Shown: positions 38,086-47,167, counted from the stretch's first letter. The stretch is DNA of 64,000 nt from Prevotellaceae bacterium (GCA_031258195.1 JAIRNF010000034.1:9589-73588); one strand, 5' to 3'. The notes: generated by a model from the letters alone, not told the origin. Numbers and translations: made by a program.

Positions 38086-38808
38086 TAGGTTCAAGATAAC
38101 TTTAGCGGAGCTTTTCTAAAGCTTCCGGGTAAAGTCAGGTAAATATTTTTGTTTCCGCAGCTATCGCTAAGCTCGCGCTCGTTGACGCGCGAGTGAAACG
38201 TACGCTCGCGAACTCCTCGGAGCTTAGCCGGTCTTACTTCGCGTAGCCCCCGAAAGCGCTCGATCCCGTCGATACGGTCGGCTCCGTTCGCGAACGCGTT
38301 CTCGCCGCGCCCGACCCTGTGGCGCTGCTTTTTATACCCGTAACTCGCCGCTCCGCGCGGGTTCCGAATCCGTCGGAATAAACGACCGCGTCAGCGTCCG
38401 CCTTACCCTTAAGAACGGGCGTTGGCTCGCCCGCCGAACGGCTCCGTACGAGCGGAGCGTAAACCCCGTCCCCGCGCTCGGGCATCCCCAAAACAGGTAG
38501 CTTGCCCCGCGCTACGCGCCAGCGTTCGCCGCGAACGCCGCGGGCTCCGAAGCGGCTCTCGTCAAGCTCGATCTCGCCGTTGGTAAGCGGACTTTCCGCT
38601 TCGCGAAGCGTACTATGAAATCCGCTTACGTCCGGCCGCGAGGCGCCGGCGAGCGCCGCGGTCTTTTCAGCCTCGACGTCGAGGCCGAAAAGACGAACCG
38701 CAGCTCCCGTTTTTCGCTCGGAAACGCGCGCGGCTTTTATTTACCTGTTCTTCATCGGACGGCGACGGCTTTCATGGATAATATCTTCCTAAAGCGAGCT
38801 TGAACCTA
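38086..38808 (-). pseudogene. GC-rich, frameshifted relic of an IS1595/ISXO2-like transposase gene (possibly bounded by a 10-bp inverted repeat)
   Basis: Own minus-strand translation across at least three frames. The first stretch is AAVRLFGLDVEAEKTAALAGASRPDVSGFHSTLREAESPLTNGEIELDESRFGARGVRGERWRVARGKLPVLGMPERGDGVYAPLVRSRSAGEPTPVLKGKADADAVVYSDGFGTR. The last is ...RIDGIERFRGLREVRPAKLRGVRERTFHSRVNERE. This parallels the window's own IS1595 transposase at 49407..50132 (GEVELDETFVGGK...DKVPVMGMFQRGGKVVCKVV...TLFSDEWCGY). TAGGTTCAAG at 38086-38095 is the inverse of CTTGAACCTA at 38799-38808. Confidence 0.6.
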
Positions 38809-38836
38809 AAACAATTATGTTCAGCTAATAAATTCA

Positions 38837-38844
38837 TATCTTTG
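38837..38844 (+). promoter_or_regulatory. Bacteroidota-type -7 promoter element (TAnnTTTG) for the riboswitch transcript
   Basis: TATCTTTG lies 5 nt upstream of the predicted P1 stem. Confidence 0.45.
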
Positions 38845-38849
38845 CTTTC

Positions 38850-39002
38850 GTATTTCGGATAAGGGAATCTCGTGTAAATCGGGAGCAGTACCCGCTGCTG
38901 TAAGCCTTTGCCTGTTAGTAGGTTGTTTTCCGCAAGCCACTGTCTGTAGAGATGGGAAGGCGAAGAACGTAAAAAGTAAGCCAGAAGACCTGCCGTAAAT
39001 AC
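38850..39002 (+). ncRNA. cobalamin (B12) riboswitch
   Basis: The core elements appear in the expected order: AAGGGAA (38861), GTGTAAATC, CAGTACCCGCTGCTGTAAG, GCCACTG (38936-38942), GGGAAGGC (38954-38961), and the B12 box AAGCCAGAAGACCTGCC (38978-38994). P1 can form between GTATTTCGG and CCGTAAATAC. Confidence 0.85.
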
Positions 39003-39192
39003 ACAACATTTTTAGTCTGACTTTCGGGAGATAAGGTTTTGATGAGTTGCGCTATTCTTTTTCATAGCTAACGTTTGGTTAGTATTCGCAAGTTTAGTAG
39101 CATCTTTATTTTTCCTAGAAGTAAGAGAGCAAATTTTGCAAGGTTGTATCTAGCTAATGCCATAGTAGGATTTTAAACCTTGCAGAAGGAGA

Positions 39193-39231
39193 AAAGCCGC
39201 TTAGAAAAGAATGCCAGCTGTCTAAGCGGCT
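39193..39231 (-). terminator. stem-loop downstream of the EEP-family gene
   Basis: AAGCCGCTTAG...CTAAGCGGCTT is an 11-bp stem. On the minus strand it is followed by TTTTCTCCTTCT. Confidence 0.55.
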
Positions 39232-39241
39232 TGTTCTATTA

Positions 39242-39344
39242 CGTCATTTCGAACGAAGTGAGAAATCTCTTGAATAGAATCACCATTTAAGAATTCTTTT
39301 TTCGTGATACATATAAGCAGATTTCTCACTTCGTTCGAAATGAC
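39242..39344. repeat. palindromic intergenic repeat, long form
   Basis: CGTCATTTCGAACGAAGTGAGAAATCT pairs with AGATTTCTCACTTCGTTCGAAATGAC. The spacer contains CTTGAATAGAAT. Confidence 0.88.
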
Positions 39345-39352
39345 ATAATGTG

Positions 39353-40375
39353 TTATAAGCTGCTTTTAATATCTATATAAACAGGTAGGTGGTCGCTTAC
39401 CCCACCAATGTGTCGGGGTCCGGCTAATGTTCGCTTAGGCTTGATGCCTCCGTAGGTTTTGTCCGCCTCTAATAAATAGCCGTCTTTAAAAATGGTAAAA
39501 CCTAATGGGTTACAATATAGCTTGCTATTATTGTTTAGCATGGTGGCAGAGCAAAACATCATATCTACCAGCTGCCACTTTCCCTTATACTTAGATGTGC
39601 CTTCTTCTCCACTCTCCAATAGTGTTGCAAGGTTGTAAATATCGTTGTGTTGAAGCAAATGAGCTGTCGATTTTGCTCTCAAGCCTTCTTGTATAGATTT
39701 GCTGTCGGGTAAATCGTTAAAGTCGCCCATGGCAATAATGTTAGCAGTGGGATTGTACTGCAAAATAGAGTCGATCTTCTGGCGCAATGTTCTTGCTGCC
39801 TTTATGCGGTAAGGTTCAGTTTCTTCTTCCCCCTCGATTTTCGACGACCAATGATTTACAAAAATATGCAACGTGTCTATATTGCCCAGTATTCCTTTAG
39901 CGTAAAGAATCTCCCTTGTTCGTTTTGTAATGTTTACTTTGAAAAACGCGGAATCAATCAGCCTGAGCTGTTGTGGTAGGTATAGCAACGCAACATCTAT
40001 ACCTCTGGGATCGGGAGAATCTCTATGAAGTATGGCATAACCATATTTGCTAAGGTTTGTTTGCTGCGTTAGTTGTTCCAGCACAAACCGATTTTCCACT
40101 TCGCACAAACCTACTATTGTCGGTATGCCAATAGTGTCGATAATTCTGGCAATATCATCCCGCTTTTTCTCGAACTTTGCCGGCGTCCATCGATAAAAAC
40201 CGACAGGTAGAAATTCGTCATCTTCCGTTTCGTAGTCGTCTTCCGTATCAAAGTAGTTTTCTACGTTGTAGAACATTATGCGCCACGAATATTTGGACTG
40301 ATTAGATTGGGCAAATATTTTGCTGAAAATAAGAATAGAGAGTATGAAAAAAAATAAACGAAGTACATTTTTCAT
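39353..40375 (-). CDS. secreted endonuclease/exonuclease/phosphatase (EEP) family protein
   Basis: 340 aa with a signal peptide. MFYNVENYFD, GLCEVEN, GDFND and SDHLPV are EEP catalytic-motif equivalents. Confidence 0.82.
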   Translation of the reverse strand: MKNVLRLFFFILSILIFSKIFAQSNQSKYSWRIMFYNVENYFDTEDDYETEDDEFLPVGFYRWTPAKFEKKRDDIARIIDTIGIPTIVGLCEVENRFVLEQLTQQTNLSKYGYAILHRDSPDPRGIDVALLYLPQQLRLIDSAFFKVNITKRTREILYAKGILGNIDTLHIFVNHWSSKIEGEEETEPYRIKAARTLRQKIDSILQYNPTANIIAMGDFNDLPDSKSIQEGLRAKSTAHLLQHNDIYNLATLLESGEEGTSKYKGKWQLVDMMFCSATMLNNNSKLYCNPLGFTIFKDGYLLEADKTYGGIKPKRTLAGPRHIGGVSDHLPVYIDIKSSL

Positions 40376-40410
40376 ATTGTCAATATATAAGGCATAACAT
40401 AAAAATACTC

Positions 40411-41060
40411 GTTAGTCTTGGTTTTTAAGTTCTTCGTTAATTATTGCTAGCTCCTGTTCTATTATTGATGTTGAAGTATTTTTTATAAATTCCCATTTTT
40501 GAATATGGTGATTCACTTCAAACGCACCTTCAAAATCAAAAATGAAATGTAATCTATTTCTTCTCTTATTTATTTCTTTTAAATATTTCACTAATGTTAT
40601 ATCTCAATTTAATATGGACTGATACTCTTCATTTAATGTGTGTGTGTGAAATTTATTGTTTCCAAGTTTTTTCTTAGACCATTTAAAATTGCTTTACGAT
40701 TTATAAAATCAATGCCGGTAAAATTGTTTTCATAAAATTCTTCAATTCTAGTTGGGGGTATCCATTACGCTGTTTCTTTTGTAGTTTCTTATTGAAAAAA
40801 CTATGATCTATTTTATGTATTAAAACCCCACTTTTAATCAGTAATGTTTTATTTAAAGTCTCGAAGGCAACTGTGATTTTTATATAATCTATTAATTTTT
40901 CATAGTAGGAAGCATTCCAAAAAATTTCGAGCTTATCTTTTTGTTGATCTGACTGTAGTTGTCCACGATCTTCATCAAAATGCCTAAAAATATAAACACT
41001 ATTTATAGTCCTATTTGCATTACTAATTAATTCCTATAAAAGCCTAGTTTTGGAATAACC
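40411..41060 (-). pseudogene. multiply frameshifted relic of an unknown AT-rich gene with a C-terminal R-x4-H motif
   Basis: Own minus-strand translation gives start-less open pieces. Piece 1: ELISNANRTINSVYIFRHFDEDRGQLQSDQQKDKLEIFWNASYYEKLIDYIKITVAFETLNKTLLIKSG...NFMKTILP. Piece 2: GIDFINRKAILNGLRKNLETINFTHTH. Piece 3: VKYLKEINKRRNRLHFIFDFEGAFEVNHHIQKWEF...EELKNQD*. No piece reaches the 60-aa threshold with a start codon, so none is in the ORF track. Confidence 0.45.
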
Positions 41061-41238
41061 ATTATTATAATACAGCCTTATTTCTTTATCCAAATAGATA
41101 TAATAGGCGTGTTATTTTTGAATTGATAAATCTAATAATTATTTGCTAGAATAGTTTAATCTATTCTAGCATCCTTGTTCTTCGCTTTTTAAATCTTTAT
41201 TCAAATTGTATAACTTTGCCATCTCATTAATACTTAGC

Positions 41239-42369
41239 ATGACATTCGATTTACAGCATACCGATAGCAATACCGCCGCCAGAGCGGGAGTTATACATAC
41301 TGATCACGGAGACATTCATACTCCTATATTTATGCCTGTTGGCACGGTAGGCAGCGTTAAGGGCGTGCTTCATCGCGATTTGAAAGAAGAGGTACAAGCA
41401 GAAATTATTCTTGGCAATACCTACCACTTATATTTACGCCCCGGGACTGACGTGTTGGAGCAGGCTGGCGGACTACATAGGTTTTCGGGTTGGGATGGAC
41501 CCATCCTTACCGATAGCGGTGGTTTTCAGGTTTTCTCATTGGCAGAAAATCGCAAGCTTACGGCAGAGGGTTGCGAGTTTCGTTCGCATATCGATGGCTC
41601 TAAGCATTTCTTTACACCCGAAAGCGTAATGGATATACAACGTAAAATAGGTGCGGATATTATTATGGCTTTCGACGAATGCCCTCCCGGAACGGCGGAG
41701 TACGATTACGCCGCCAAGTCGCTAAAGCTTACTCAGCGATGGCTGGAACGTTGCGTAAAACGCTTCGACGAAACCGAAGATATGCATGGGTACAGCCAAA
41801 CGCTTTTCCCTATAGTGCAGGGTTGCGTATATAAAGACTTGCGTAGACAGGCGGCAGAGCATGTAGCATCGCTTAACCGCGACGGAAATGCTATTGGCGG
41901 TTTAGCTGTTGGCGAACCTACGGAGCAGATGTACGAGATGATTGAGGTGGTTAACGAAATACTGCCTAAAGATAAACCCCGCTATCTTATGGGCGTTGGT
42001 ACACCTGCCGATATTCTCGAAGCCATTTCGCGTGGAGTCGATATGTTCGATTGTGTAATGCCAACGCGTAATGGGCGTAATGGAATGCTATTTACATCAG
42101 ATGGGATAATTAATATTCGCAACCAGAAATGGAGCCACGATTTTTCGCCTATAGATTCTGAGGGCGTAAGCTATGTCGATCATCATTATGCGAAATCGTA
42201 CTTACGGCATCTGTTTATTTCGGGCGAAATGTTGGGTCCCCAGTTGGCAAGTATTCATAACCTCGCGTTCTACCTATGGTTGGTACACGAGGCTCGCCAG
42301 CGAATAATGGATGGCAGCTTTGCCGAATGGAAGAGAACTATGATTGCAAAGGTAACGACTAGGTTGTAG
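41239..42369 (+). CDS. tgt: tRNA-guanine transglycosylase (queuine tRNA-ribosyltransferase)
   Basis: TARAGVIHTDHGDIHTPIFMPVGT, ILGNTYHL, LTDSGGFQV and CVMPTRNGRNG are Tgt signatures. The start was chosen at 41239. Confidence 0.93.
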   Translation: MTFDLQHTDSNTAARAGVIHTDHGDIHTPIFMPVGTVGSVKGVLHRDLKEEVQAEIILGNTYHLYLRPGTDVLEQAGGLHRFSGWDGPILTDSGGFQVFSLAENRKLTAEGCEFRSHIDGSKHFFTPESVMDIQRKIGADIIMAFDECPPGTAEYDYAAKSLKLTQRWLERCVKRFDETEDMHGYSQTLFPIVQGCVYKDLRRQAAEHVASLNRDGNAIGGLAVGEPTEQMYEMIEVVNEILPKDKPRYLMGVGTPADILEAISRGVDMFDCVMPTRNGRNGMLFTSDGIINIRNQKWSHDFSPIDSEGVSYVDHHYAKSYLRHLFISGEMLGPQLASIHNLAFYLWLVHEARQRIMDGSFAEWKRTMIAKVTTRL

Positions 42370-42378
42370 TATATATTT

Positions 42379-42460
42379 CGTCATTTCGAGCGCAGCGAGA
42401 AATCTGCTGAGCTAACGAACTACTCCTATTTAGCAGATTTCTCGCTGCGCTCGAAATAAC
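42379..42460. repeat. palindromic intergenic repeat, long form
   Basis: CGTCATTTCGAGCGCAGCGAGAAATCTGCT pairs with AGCAGATTTCTCGCTGCGCTCGAAATAAC. It begins 10 nt after the tgt stop. Confidence 0.88.
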
Positions 42461-42557
42461 AGGGAGATTCATCTCTGCCCTACAGGTTTAACGTTAAATT
42501 TTCATTTTATTTGTAAAAATTCTACCTTTCCGCTTTATTTCTCATAGGTTTTGATTT

Positions 42558-43646
42558 ATGAAACGACGCCATATACCACTATTCATGTTTTTCCTGTGCA
42601 TTTTTGCGCCAAGCAGCCTAAATGCGCGAAAGATAACGCCGGCTCTGCCAACACTTAATATCGCACCCGATGCTCGTTCTTCCGGTATGGGAGAAGTAGG
42701 AGCGGCAACATCACCCGATATCTTCTCGCAGCGGTGGAATGCTGCTAAATATGCCTTTATGCAGGACAACGGAGGGGTTGGAATATCGTACGTACCATGG
42801 CTTAGAGATATTGCAAAAGATGTACACTTGGGTTACCTGTCAGGCTACTATTCGCTGCTTCAGAACCAAGCATTGGGAGCATCGTTGTATTTCTTCTCAT
42901 TAGGGAATATAAGCCTTTATAACGAGAATGCCGACTATCTGGCAAGCGTAAAGCCAACCGAGTTTGCGTTCGATGTATCGTACTCGCGTACCTTCGGTCC
43001 TAATTTATCGGGAGCGCTTACCGCGCGGTACATTAACTCTACAATGATTGAGGGGAGCGATATTCCCTATACCAAGCATAAGCATAACTTTGCTGTTGAT
43101 GTCGCCGCATATTGGCAAAAGCCTGTTCGTTTATGGAGTAAAGACTCTGAAGTTGCCGTCGGTGTTACTTTTTCTAACATCGGAACAAAGCTGAAATCGG
43201 ACGGCGGAGAAGAGTACTTCCTTCCCATGAGCATGAGGGTTGGCGGTAGGTTAACCATGTCTTTTGACGAAACGAATAGCCTTTCGCTTTCTTTAGACAT
43301 TAATAAGCTGCTGGTTCCCGAAGACTATAAGTATAACGATGATGCGGTTCCTACTGCTCTGTTCCGTTCTTTCGGAAACGGGTTATCGTCCTCCATTACA
43401 GGAAATACAGGTTTAGAATATGCGTATAATAAGCTGTTTTTTGCTCGTACCGGATTTTACTCGGAAGCGAGCAGATTAGGAGGGCGTAACTATCTTACAT
43501 TTGGGGCGGGCTTGAACTATAGCCCTGTTACGTTTGATATATCTTATCTTACGGTGGTTAAAGGGCAGGACGGAGTTCTGTCGAATGCATTTAAGTTCTC
43601 GTTGGTGGTTGCATTTAAAGAGAGAAGTAAATATCGGGCAAAATAG
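42558..43646 (+). CDS. porV: PorV-family type IX secretion outer-membrane protein
   Basis: LNIAPDARSSGMGEVGAATSPDIFSQRWNAAKYAF matches the remembered PorV/LptO N-terminal signature (PDARxxGMGDxGVATxPDxNSQxWNPAKYAF). The rest has beta-barrel periodicity. Confidence 0.72.
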   Translation: MKRRHIPLFMFFLCIFAPSSLNARKITPALPTLNIAPDARSSGMGEVGAATSPDIFSQRWNAAKYAFMQDNGGVGISYVPWLRDIAKDVHLGYLSGYYSLLQNQALGASLYFFSLGNISLYNENADYLASVKPTEFAFDVSYSRTFGPNLSGALTARYINSTMIEGSDIPYTKHKHNFAVDVAAYWQKPVRLWSKDSEVAVGVTFSNIGTKLKSDGGEEYFLPMSMRVGGRLTMSFDETNSLSLSLDINKLLVPEDYKYNDDAVPTALFRSFGNGLSSSITGNTGLEYAYNKLFFARTGFYSEASRLGGRNYLTFGAGLNYSPVTFDISYLTVVKGQDGVLSNAFKFSLVVAFKERSKYRAK

Positions 43647-43657
43647 TATCGCGGTTT

Positions 43658-45691
43658 ATGGAGAGAAGCAGTAGTTACAAAAACATATGGCAGTATTACT
43701 TAACTCGTAGCGGTTTAAATAGCAGCGTATTCTTAATGCTGCTTTACCGCAAGGCTTTGGTAATGTTTTTGTTCACCATTTGTCGTGTGCTGTTCTATCT
43801 GTTTAATACGGGCTACTATCCAAACATGACCACCTCACATTTCTTCTCTCTCTTATTGGGGGGAATGAGGTTCGATGCTTTGGCGTTGGTATATGTCAAC
43901 TCCCTTTATCTTGTGGCGATGCTTATACCCTTTAAGTTCAGGTATAACAACACATATCAAAAGGTTTTCAAGTTTTGGTATGTATTAACAAACTCTATCG
44001 CTATTGCAGCCAACTGTATAGATATTATTTACTTCCGTTTTACCATGCGCCGAACAACCGCAACGGTTTTCGACGAGTTCTCTAACGAGGGGAATATACT
44101 GCAGCTGTTCGGCGGATTCTTTATTCAGTACTGGTACATTGTGCTGATATTTGCGGCAATGGTCTTTATTCTGATTAAGGCATACGGTAAGCTGCGAAAA
44201 CCCGAACGGTTTTCATCTCCGCTGGTTTACTATCCGGTAAATACCGTGCTGATGCTGGTAGGAGTTTTATTTATGTTCTTCGGAATGCGTGGGCATCTGA
44301 TGTTTCATAACCGTCCCATAAGCCTTGCTAATGCCTCGGAATATGTAAAAGAACCTATCGAAATGCCGATAGTGCAAAGTACACCTTTTACGTTAATAAA
44401 AACGCTGACAATTGACAAAATGCCTATATACCGCTACTATTCTGAGAATGAGCTGGCAGCTATTTTTACACCGGAAAAGGACTATCAGCCTACAGAGCCG
44501 TTCCGCTATAAAAATGTTGTGATTTTTATTCTCGAAAGTTACGGGGCGGAGTTTATATCGGCGTATAATAAAGACAAAGCAGGGCTTGTATCGTACACAC
44601 CTTTTCTCGATTCGTTGATGCGACAGAGTAGATACTATCTTTACTCATATGCCAACGGGCGAAAATCGATTGATGCAATGCCTTCGATATTGGCCTCTAT
44701 CCCATCTATTGTAGAACCTTATGTGCTTTCGCCATATTCGGCAAATCATGTTAATGGTATTGCAACCATACTTCGCGAAGAAGGGTATAAAACGGCATTC
44801 TTCCATAATGCCTATAACGGCGCGATGGGCTTTAACGGCATTGCCAACCTTATGGGTTTTGAGGAGTACTACGGTATGGATGAGTTTGGCGACAAGTCGC
44901 ACTACGACGGTATAGCCGGTATTTTCGACGAAGAGTTTTTCCAGTTCTATGCGCAGGAGCTGAATAAAATGCCGCAGCCTTTCTGTACGGCGCTTTTTTC
45001 GCTTTCGTCGCACACACCATTTAATTTACCCGAGCGTTATAAGGATGTCTTTAAGGGCGATCCCGATGCTTTCCGCGGCTCGTTGCGCTACTCCGATTAT
45101 GCTTTGCAACGATTCTTCGAAACCGCGTCGCAAATGCCATGGTACGATAGTACGCTCTTTGTGCTGGCTGCCGACCACGGGGGCATATACTCTATGAACG
45201 ACGAGTATAAGACAACCGCGGGCGTATATGCCATACCTATTGTATTTTATGCTCCGGGCGACTCCACTTTGGTTGGAATGGAAGAAAGGTTGGCGCAACA
45301 GGCAGATATTCTGCCTTCCGTTCTATCGTACTTAAGCTATAGAGGAACGTTTATTTCATTCGGCACCAACTTATTAGAAAAGCAGCCTAAAGCTGATGGA
45401 GCTACTGCTACAGAGGCTGTAACAGATACCATCGCTGAACCGAAGTACCTCGGTAAAGATTTTGCCGTTCAGTATGTCGGCAGCTTTCTACAGCTAATGA
45501 AAGATGACTATATGATTCAGTTCGACGGGCAAAAAACGCTTTCTATGTATAAGTTTAAAGAAGATACCTTCCTTAGCAATAACCTTGTCGATTCTTTACC
45601 CGACATTCGAAACGAGCTCGAGCAGCTGGCAAAAGCCTTTCTACAGCAGTACACTACAAGAATGGACGAGGATCGTTTATCTGTAAGATAG
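43658..45691 (+). CDS. LTA-synthase/sulfatase-family membrane phosphotransferase
   Basis: 677 aa: an N-terminal polytopic domain, then an alkaline-phosphatase-superfamily domain (NVVIFILESYGAEF..., LFVLAADHG). Confidence 0.78.
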   Translation: MERSSSYKNIWQYYLTRSGLNSSVFLMLLYRKALVMFLFTICRVLFYLFNTGYYPNMTTSHFFSLLLGGMRFDALALVYVNSLYLVAMLIPFKFRYNNTYQKVFKFWYVLTNSIAIAANCIDIIYFRFTMRRTTATVFDEFSNEGNILQLFGGFFIQYWYIVLIFAAMVFILIKAYGKLRKPERFSSPLVYYPVNTVLMLVGVLFMFFGMRGHLMFHNRPISLANASEYVKEPIEMPIVQSTPFTLIKTLTIDKMPIYRYYSENELAAIFTPEKDYQPTEPFRYKNVVIFILESYGAEFISAYNKDKAGLVSYTPFLDSLMRQSRYYLYSYANGRKSIDAMPSILASIPSIVEPYVLSPYSANHVNGIATILREEGYKTAFFHNAYNGAMGFNGIANLMGFEEYYGMDEFGDKSHYDGIAGIFDEEFFQFYAQELNKMPQPFCTALFSLSSHTPFNLPERYKDVFKGDPDAFRGSLRYSDYALQRFFETASQMPWYDSTLFVLAADHGGIYSMNDEYKTTAGVYAIPIVFYAPGDSTLVGMEERLAQQADILPSVLSYLSYRGTFISFGTNLLEKQPKADGATATEAVTDTIAEPKYLGKDFAVQYVGSFLQLMKDDYMIQFDGQKTLSMYKFKEDTFLSNNLVDSLPDIRNELEQLAKAFLQQYTTRMDEDRLSVR

Positions 45692-45697
45692 AAAGTC

Positions 45698-47161
45698 TTA
45701 TAGTGATAATACTGCTTTAAAAACACTGTCATTTTTATATAAGTACGATTTGGAATATCGCTTTGTACTATGATCTAAGTTTCGCTCGAAAACGATTTCC
45801 TCTAAGGGTTGTTTTACTAAAACATCCACCTTGTGGTCATAGAAATCAATAGGCTCTTCAATATAGCTTGCATCAAGAACTGGGCTAAGTGTAAAAACTA
45901 AGTGGGAGTTTGGTAGCTCAAAAAAGAAAGGAGTAATACCGCGACCACCAATATATCCGGAAGGCTCTCCTACTGTTATCAGTCCATTATTTCTGTTGCA
46001 AAAAGCAGAAAAAGCTAATGCTGACGAAAAGCAATGATCGTTAACTATAGCATAGATATTTCCATTATAGTTTAAGTTTTCAACAGCCGGTTCATATGTG
46101 GTTGTGCTATCGGCAGAGATTTTTACAAATTCTTGTTCGCAGTACAAAACAAGTTCATCGCTTATTTCTATGTTTCTATACTTCTGGGCATAATCTAGTA
46201 CAGCTTTTGTGTTTCTGATGTAGCATTTCTCTTTAGTAGATATAGATTCTGAACGAATTGTTCTAAGAACATCTATCCAAAAATTATCGTTCCCGCCACC
46301 ATTCCCTCTTATATCAATTATAACTTTAGCTATAGTTTCATCTTTATAAGCAAGCATTTCGTTGGTTAAGAATGAGAGTTCATCCATATCCATAGATGGA
46401 ATTCTTATGTATAGCAGTTTCTCTTCATCATCAAAGAACACGTTGAAGTCAAAAGCATCAACAGTTCTATTGCTCATTATAGAAAAAGGCTGAATAGTTA
46501 TTTGTAGTGTATCATACTCTGTCTTGTAAGAAATAGTTCCCCCATAATCTCTGGGCAAATATATACGGTGTGTGTAGAAATTATCATGTGTAAAATCCCA
46601 TCGAATACTATTATCAACAGGTCTATTATATTTCTCAATATATGTTTTAATCGGAATATTGTTAATCGCAATAAGCTCTGCTCTACCGGGTATCGCAAGT
46701 TTTCCATTCGTATGGTATTGGTCGTTTCCAAAATAATACCTTCCATCACTATACTCTACTAGCAATGCGCCTGCGGGATGATATTTTACATAGTCCATTT
46801 CGCATAAAGCACCCAATTCTAAACTTTGCTCCGTAATTGTTGGGTTGTCTTCTTCCAGGTCAGCATAGTAAAAGCTGCTTATAACGTTGTGCTGGTCTTG
46901 TGTAAGAAAAAGTATCTGTTGAACTAAATAGTAGAAGTTTTCAAAATCTTGACATTTATTAGCAATTTGAACTAGCGAGTCAATACTCTTTGTTAGACAC
47001 ACTCCAGTAACATGTTCTCTTATTCTTAAATGCGGGCATACATCTTTAATGGTTGTTGCTAAAAAAGAAATATCTTCCTTCATCTGATGCTTTGATAGGC
47101 TGGGCTGCGCGTTTAAAGATGAGGAAGTGGACAATAGCATTAATAATAAAATAAAACGCAT
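45698..47161 (-). CDS. S41-like (tail-specific protease family) secreted peptidase
   Basis: 487 aa with a signal peptide. VIIDIRGNGGGN and IVNDHCFSSALAFS fit the S41 oxyanion and Ser regions. The gene is very AT-rich by eye. Confidence 0.65.
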   Translation of the reverse strand: MRFILLLMLLSTSSSLNAQPSLSKHQMKEDISFLATTIKDVCPHLRIREHVTGVCLTKSIDSLVQIANKCQDFENFYYLVQQILFLTQDQHNVISSFYYADLEEDNPTITEQSLELGALCEMDYVKYHPAGALLVEYSDGRYYFGNDQYHTNGKLAIPGRAELIAINNIPIKTYIEKYNRPVDNSIRWDFTHDNFYTHRIYLPRDYGGTISYKTEYDTLQITIQPFSIMSNRTVDAFDFNVFFDDEEKLLYIRIPSMDMDELSFLTNEMLAYKDETIAKVIIDIRGNGGGNDNFWIDVLRTIRSESISTKEKCYIRNTKAVLDYAQKYRNIEISDELVLYCEQEFVKISADSTTTYEPAVENLNYNGNIYAIVNDHCFSSALAFSAFCNRNNGLITVGEPSGYIGGRGITPFFFELPNSHLVFTLSPVLDASYIEEPIDFYDHKVDVLVKQPLEEIVFERNLDHSTKRYSKSYLYKNDSVFKAVLSL

Positions 47162-47167
47162 AGTTGA

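Noticed and set aside
38234-38803. Track ORFs 38234..38491 (-) and 38615..38803 (+) in the GC-rich block look like possible genuine small genes.
   Set aside because: The minus-strand ORF is just one frame piece of the frameshifted IS1595-like relic. The plus-strand ORF is its antisense, kept open only because GC-rich DNA has few stop codons.
38821-39009. 62-aa minus-strand ORF.
   Set aside because: It lies exactly over the cobalamin riboswitch on the other strand, and structured-RNA conservation explains the region better.
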